Made by a program: the position numbers and the translations under genes. The notes under the pieces are model-generated. The model did not search any database, was not told where the DNA came from, and saw only the letters and a list, made by a program, of their open reading frames with translations. Positions 57,216 to 64,000 of a DNA stretch of 64,000 nt are shown here, piece after piece. This DNA is from Eledone cirrhosa. Lineage: Eukaryota. Position 1 is the first letter of the stretch. Every line of letters begins with the position of its first letter. Location of the stretch: the NCBI GenBank assembly GCA_964016885.1, contig OZ024740.1, positions 257,548,001-257,612,000 on the forward strand, written 5' to 3'.

Positions 57216-57794
57216 ACTGAATGAAAGTGACATATAAATGTAGATATATATAATTCTGTTTATAGATGCATACATCCATTGATATATTGTCTAAGAAGAT
57301 TAAATCAGTAGCTCTGATAGGTTTTATGTCCAACTGCATGCTAAACAACAGTTTTGTTATGTTCTCTGGTTATTTATTGAGTAATATTCATTTTCCACTC
57401 TCAACCTTATATTCCATAATCCTCTCCTTTTCTCCTATACTTAGGTTACGATTGGTCAATAACTCTTGTCTAATTCCTGGCTTCGTTACAACATTTTCTT
57501 TGACCGAATGTAACTATTTTAAGAAACTAATCCTTATACTTTTTTTTGTCTGTCATGAGTATTTCTTCTATACAGTTTTCGTATATTCTTTTGTTGCCGT
57601 TCAACCATTTGTTTTTGGCCGTGCTGGAGCAACATATTGAAAGTTTACTATAGTCGGTTTTTTGTGACACACACATACACACACATATATATGTGTGTGG
57701 AATTGGTTTCAGCCTTTCCTCATTCTTAAATGTATACACACATACACACATATATATGAGTCTAGAAAAAACTTTTATACGGTAACATAGTTGG

Positions 57795-57880
<86 letters not shown>

Positions 57881-58014
57881 GAATTGGTATGTATTGCAAA
57901 ATACACTATATATACATTCATATATATATATGTTTATATGATTCTACTCAATTCGATACGTATTTTATTGATTTTAGTCATATCGATAACAATACAAATC
58001 GAACTCAGTATTAA

Positions 58015-58150
58015 TCGGTACTGTATTTTATCAAGTATGGAAGAATGACAGACAAATTTGACCTTGAAGGTATTTGAACTCTAAACGTAAAGTGTTCGGA
58101 ATTAATACCACTAAGCAAGCATTTTTCAAATGCTTTAACTCATGAACCAT
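58015..58150 (-). mobile_element. Old Meta-like SINE copy
   Basis: Minus strand gagttcaaatac...gtcaaatttgtctgtcattcttcc...gataaaatacagtacc. Confidence 0.55.
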
Positions 58151-58366
58151 AGCTAGATCTACGCTGATCCAATGAGCAAAGGCATTACAGTTGCGACAAT
58201 CCAAGTTATTTCGGAATCAGTCTATCTAGTATTAGGTTATGCAATAATAGAGTGGCTGAAAATGGAAATGTTTGAGAGTGATTGGAAAAGAGAGTGGGTG
58301 AATGTTAGGAAATGTTTTCCAATTCCAGCCCACCCGTCCCCTCAATCTATCTTATTTCTCATTCTT

Positions 58367-58402
58367 TCTTCTGATGAAAGACTAGCATCCGAAATGTTAC
58401 GA
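58367..58402 (+). ncRNA. Degenerate minimal hammerhead ribozyme remnant
   Basis: tctt CTGATGA aagactagcatcc GAAA TG TT acga; the stems are imperfect. Confidence 0.4.
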
Positions 58403-58542
58403 CCCTCTTCCTGCTATTTCAATGGTTAACCTAATATATCCCTTCCATATACTGTACCGATTGTGTTGTTATTTCTGTTTACCTTTTACATACACACACA
58501 CATATATATATATACACACACACATATATATATATATTTATT

Positions 58543-58575
<33 letters not shown>

Positions 58576-58603
58576 ATACATATATATTTATATATATATA
58601 TAT

Positions 58604-58697
<94 letters not shown>

Positions 58698-58729
58698 ACA
58701 TATAAATATATATGTATATATATATATAT

Positions 58730-58909
58730 CACAATCTTGAGATTATGAGTTCGATTCCCGGACCGGGCGATGCGTTATTTCCTTGAGCAAGACACTTTAT
58801 TTCACGTTGCTCCTTCTACCTGGAGTTGCGACCGATAGATAGTATTAGCAATTGGAAAGACCGACGGAAACATTGTTTCCTCCGTCCGATTTGATGAAAG
58901 TCGATCGAT
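58730..58909 (+). mobile_element. 5'-truncated CORE-like tRNA SINE (homolog of 3995-4211)
   Basis: cacaatcttgagattatgagttcgattcccggaccgggcgatgcg...gtcgatcgat. Confidence 0.78.
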
Positions 58910-58918
58910 AAAAAAAAA

Positions 58919-58949
<31 letters not shown>

Positions 58950-59460
58950 TATATACATTTTTTAATTTTAGTACAGCATTGACGAATCTTTAGAATACGG
59001 CCAAGCTAGCGTATATGTATAATCGGTCTGTAGCTTACCACTCAGATGAGGAAAGACCCCAGAGTAATAACATTACGATCAGACAGCTTGAGCAAATCAT
59101 ATATAGCGGTCGGCAGTCCAGCCGCATCACTAGAGCAACGAAAATACAGGACCCAGGAAAAGATTTTATACTGACCCGGACATAGCGGTGAGGCTGAGTG
59201 CAAAATATATAACTTATATCGTATATCAACAATATACATCAAATATATCATCCAACATCAGCGCTGAGTTTCTGCAAATCCAAGATCGACAAATTCCTAT
59301 TGCAGGAGTCTGCAATATAATGGTTTTTTACGACAGAACATACGATTTACTTCTTCTGCAAGTCTTTCGTTCTTAGCCTGAGCAAGTATGTTGTAGCTTT
59401 AAATGTCGCCACAGACACGTGGTTTACTCCAAGGGAGGTAACCCCCGTTTATATATATAT

Positions 59461-59790
59461 ATAAATCAAGAAAGAAGAGTGATACTGTTTGCTAATCAAA
59501 AAAGCTTTTTAATCACATTGCTGACAATTGTTTCTCTGAACTGGTAGGTCTAGAGATCGCTACCCGCCTGTTTTCGCGTCAATCGATCACCAATACATAG
59601 TTGTAACCAGTCAATTCATCAGAGCTAGCGAGCTAGTTCACTGGTTACAACTATGTATTGGTGATCGATTGACGCGAAAACAGGCGGGTAGCAATCTCTA
59701 GACCTACCAGTTCAGAGAAACAATTGTCACCAATGTGATTAAACACCTTTTTTGTATAGTAAACCGTGTCAATCTTCTTTCTTGATTTAT
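59461..59790. repeat. Fold-back element (arms 59461-59611 and 59640-59790)
   Basis: ataaatcaagaaagaag...tgtaaccagt versus actggttaca...cttctttcttgatttat. Confidence 0.9.
59520..59625 (-). ncRNA. Type I hammerhead ribozyme with long stem II
   Basis: Minus strand: gct CTGATGA A ttgactggt...accagttcag A GAAA CAATTG TC agc (GUC site). Confidence 0.75.
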
Positions 59791-59956
59791 CATTACTCCA
59801 AGTGTAAACTACATAGAATCACTGAGTACTTGCAACATAATAATGGAAACGCATTGTTGAGTTAAACTTAGCCAAGCGTTGATATCATCCGCTACTCGGA
59901 GTACCCTAACTGGACTACACCTAAGTGGACTAACTATAACAATAATATGCTATCCC

Positions 59957-59999
<43 letters not shown>

Positions 60000-60049
60000 A
60001 GTATGTATGTATACGTACATACATATATGTATACAGACGTACAGTAGCA

Positions 60050-60145
<96 letters not shown>

Positions 60146-60302
60146 TACATACAGGTACACATACATATATGTACGTATCAGTTTAGCGGACGCTTATTAT
60201 AACGCCCGTTTTGTTCGTTTGTAAACAAACTGAACAGCCTGAATTTATGCCGTACGGTGTTAAGGCAACCACGTCACCTTTTTGTTCAACACTGACACAG
60301 GA

Positions 60303-60345
60303 ACGATGTACTAGTTTCAAGCTTGTTAGCTATCATCAGCACCGT
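60303..60345 (-). ncRNA. Minimal type I hammerhead ribozyme
   Basis: Minus strand: acggtg CTGATGA T AGC taacaa GCT T GAAA CTAG TA catcgt. Confidence 0.85.
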
Positions 60346-60460
60346 ATACCCTTCTGCCAGATGGTTGAACGTTCGAAAGTATATACTTTCCTTATGAAAA
60401 TTAACGTCTGAGCAGCCTAATTTGCATATCGAGTGAGTTCGGCCAGGCGTACCGAGAACG

Positions 60461-60577
60461 ATAAGTTGTAATAAAATGAAAACGAAATTTCATTTCTCAC
60501 TCTTAGTACGGCACTTACTTAAATGTAAGTATGTATGTATACGTACATACATATATGTATACAGACGTACAGTAGCA

Positions 60578-60671
<94 letters not shown>

Positions 60672-60898
60672 CAGGTACACATACATATATGTACATACAG
60701 GTACACATACATATATGTCCGCTAAACTGATACGTACATATATGTATGTGTACCTGTATGCGTATATGTATATATATAAATATGCATGTTACTGTATGTC
60801 TGTATACATATATGTACGTACGTATACATACATACTTACATTTAAGTAAGTGCCGTACTAAGAGTGAGAAATGAAATTTCGTTTTCATTTTATTACAA

Positions 60899-60903
<5 letters not shown>
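60461..60903. repeat. Inverted repeat of the 39.1-kb/60.3-kb element tail
   Basis: ataagttgtaataaaatgaaaacgaaatttcatttctcactcttagtacggcac versus gtgccgtactaagagtgagaaatgaaatttcgttttcattttattacaacttat. Confidence 0.88.
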
Positions 60904-60935
<32 letters not shown>

Positions 60936-61013
60936 ATATATACACCTATCTCTCTACTCTGTTTCATTTATTAATACTTTTCTTTTCCTTACCTTTATAT
61001 ATATATAAATCTA

Positions 61014-61753
61014 TAATTTCTGCGAGAATCGCATTTCGGCTAGTAGGAAAAGCGAAACGAAACGCAAAATCAGACTTATGCTGGGAAGCGCTCTATAGTT
61101 AAAAAACCAGAGTTAAACATATGTTAACACTGAAAAAGTGGTCAAGAAGGCATTAACCACCTAAGCCAAAAAAGAAGTCAAGCTAAACAGGTCAAACAAA
61201 ATAAATGATAAAATCATATATATATATATGTACATATACAAACATTTATAACCTACCTGGACCCACTGGAATTGATGGTAAAATCCAAATGCATGGTTTC
61301 TATGACACCTAAATCAATAATACTGTCTGCTTAAAACTATAAGCTTTTGGTATAATGATCGAATAAGGAATATCACGTTATCAACAGGTATTTTGTTCTG
61401 TGCCAACTTTATAAACGACACAGAGCTTTGTAAAGCACATGTGTAACTCACAAGGGGAAACCCCCAGAATTTGGCAAATGAATTCACTATGTGTAAATCA
61501 TGCACAAAATTGCATAGATAGCACAAATCGAATAAACACTCCACCGGCTAGTTTTTAAAATAAACTTATGCAAATAATCTGTCAATAGAATTATTAACAG
61601 GTTAATTGTAAGACACGGGAGATTAATACAAATATAAATTCAGCGAGAATCGCTTTTCGGCGGGTAGAAAAAGCGAAACGAAACGCAAAATCAGAGTTAT
61701 ACTGGCAAGCGCTCTATAGTTAAAAACCAGAGCTAAACATATGTTAATATGTG

Positions 61754-61795
<42 letters not shown>

Positions 61796-62018
61796 AAACG
61801 CCATACAAACCGAGAAGGTGGTCAAGAAGGCATTAATCACCAACGCCAAAAAGCAAGTCAAGCTAAACAGGTCAGACAAAATAAATGACAAAGTCATACA
61901 TATATATACATATACATATTACTAACCTGGACTCATTGATGGTAAAATCCAAATACATGATTTCTGTGAAACCTAAATCAATAATAATATCTACTTGAAA
62001 CCATAAGCTTTTAGTATA
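61014..62018. repeat. Direct repeat pair (~61014-61354 and ~61635-62018)
   Basis: gcgagaatcgc...agcgaaacgaaacgcaaaatcaga...gtggtcaagaaggcattaa...attgatggtaaaatccaaat...aagctttt occurs twice. Confidence 0.85.
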
Positions 62019-62073
62019 TATATATATATATATATAATATATAAGATCAAGAGATGGTTAAATGAGTTCCATG

Positions 62074-62144
62074 TATTTTATTATGCGCATTTCAAAAACA
62101 AATATCATCATGCAATAACATTTGTGTTTTCATCAGATAAAATA
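62074..62144 (-). ncRNA. Type I hammerhead ribozyme
   Basis: Reverse complement of 62251-62321. Confidence 0.87.
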
Positions 62145-62250
62145 GGAGGACATGATATGAAGGTTGTGGATAGTGCAGTTTTAAATCAAAATATGTTGAT
62201 TTAAAACTGCACTATCCACAAGTGTTTTTAACCTTCATATCATGTCCTCC

Positions 62251-62321
62251 TATTTTATCTGATGAAAACACAAATGTTATTGCATGATGATATTTGTTTT
62301 TGAAATGCGCATAATAAAATA
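62251..62321 (+). ncRNA. Type I hammerhead ribozyme
   Basis: tattttat CTGATGA AAAcacaaat...atttgttTTT GAAA TGCGCA TA ataaaata. Confidence 0.88.
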
Positions 62322-62444
62322 CATGGAAGTCATTTAACCATCTTTTGATCTTATATATTATGTATACTCCAGTCCTACAAACTGTAGAGTGCTTCTTATC
62401 CGATATCTGCATTGCTTTATTGTACTACAATAAAACTCACCTCC

Positions 62445-62523
<79 letters not shown>

Positions 62524-62858
62524 ACAGTTATATAGATATATACAAGAATAACTTTGATCTATACACAATAATATTGATCATATTGCTTGGCAAATACTCG
62601 ATGACATGACATTGGAAAACAACCTGTCAGAGCTTGCACATCAGTTAATATTACTGATAGATTGGCTTCGTATACGCGATATTTGTTGACATTTAAAAGC
62701 CGTGATTCTGTTATCTAATTTAAGGTGGTAAGATTTGTCACGATTCTTTAGTTTAATTGTTTAAAGCACCTAGCCGGGAGATATGGTGTTGGATTTCCCT
62801 TTTTAATAGTATTCACCTTATTTATAGCAACTCTTTTTGTTTAGTATATGCATATATA

Positions 62859-62968
<110 letters not shown>

Positions 62969-64000
62969 AGATAGAAGGAGGTAAAGAGAGAGTAAGACGT
63001 CCAGATATTGCGAGATATATAGAAAAAGAAACGAGCAAAATTGACAAAGAAGATCGGTAAAGAAAGACAGAGAATGATAAGATGACAGGTATACATAGAG
63101 ACACAGAGAAATATAGAAAACAACAGAAGGGAGATAGAAAGCAAGAAAGACAGGCACAAAGAAATAAAAAAACAAAGACAGAAAGGAAAATAGAAAGAAA
63201 GAAAGGATGGAAGAAAGAAAGAAAAAAGAAAGAAAAAAAAAGAAAAATAATAGAAGAAACTAAATACGGAACAACCGAAAACGATGAAATCTGGGGAGCA
63301 GCCGAAAACTGTGATTCTTCACCAATTGTGTTAAGTATAGAATGTCGTCAGAATCAGTGTGTGTAAGCAGATCACAAGCATCATGTGATACGTTTGATAT
63401 CCAATAGTCTTCTAGATTCATTCGCGGTCTTATTTACTTATTCCCCACACTACCTCCTCTTTTCGGCCATGAAGAAAATAAAAATTGAAATAAGCGGTTT
63501 ATTTTGGCCAGCTGCTCAGGCCTCATCATTTTCCAATATTCCCACGACGATTGCTTAACTGATAATATCCATTATTTTAACTCTATTTACTCGGCTATCA
63601 AATCAAACTCTGATTGTCTGCTTGTATAGAGGAACCGTCGATATATTGTGACATATAATAAGACTGAGAAAAGCAGTAATAACATAATAAAATAAGCCAA
63701 AAAATAACAAAAAAATCAGCTACACATAAAATTAAAACCAAACAACAAACCATACAAAACGTAAAATGATCATAAAACTAAGCAAATATATAAAACGAGA
63801 AAACAATGAAAATAAATAAATGAATATATAATTAAATACATAAATAAAGAAATAAAGGAGACATTCTATTGCTGGACAAGCTAGCAGACAGAGACAGACA
63901 GACGTTGAAGCAGCGAATGGAGATAGTGTAGAGTATTTAAGAGAGAGAGAGAGAGGAGCGGTTAATGAGAGAGAACAGACACACATACAGTGAAGCAGCG

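Larger units (their letters stand above)
62035..62448. mobile_element. Fold-back non-autonomous element with intact hammerheads on both strands
   Basis: Near-perfect ~330-nt hairpin at 62035-62362 plus a tail ending ctcacctcctaca-(TA)n; same family as 39605-40000. Confidence 0.9.

Overview
AT-rich, microsatellite-saturated animal DNA with no recognisable host-gene exon. The (TA)n/(CA)n/(GA)n load and the SINE types suggest an octopus-like cephalopod; this is inference only. Almost all interpretable sequence is retroelement-derived and sorts by microsatellite niche. (1) (TAA/ATT)n niche: a head-to-tail array of five minus-strand R4/Dong-like RT-RLE retrotransposons (10451-21633) from two families, including one full-length frameshifted copy and one copy with an uninterrupted ORF. 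Four decayed Tx1-clade LINEs and tRNA-derived SINEs whose 3' end resembles the Tx1 3' end also occur here. (2) (TA)n niche: two decayed Naiad-type Penelope-like elements (RT + GIY-YIG) and a swarm of short non-coding elements carrying type I hammerhead ribozymes. I read about 14 intact or near-intact cores and several degenerate ones directly from the sequence. Many sit in fold-back inverted repeats, have palindromic stem III with compensatory changes, show a recurrent mismatch at the base of stem II, and share an ACTC-hairpin-GAGT 3' motif. This ribozyme/fold-back system is the most interesting signal. A non-autonomous Helitron is also present. Most ORFs in the supplied track are microsatellite or antisense artefacts.
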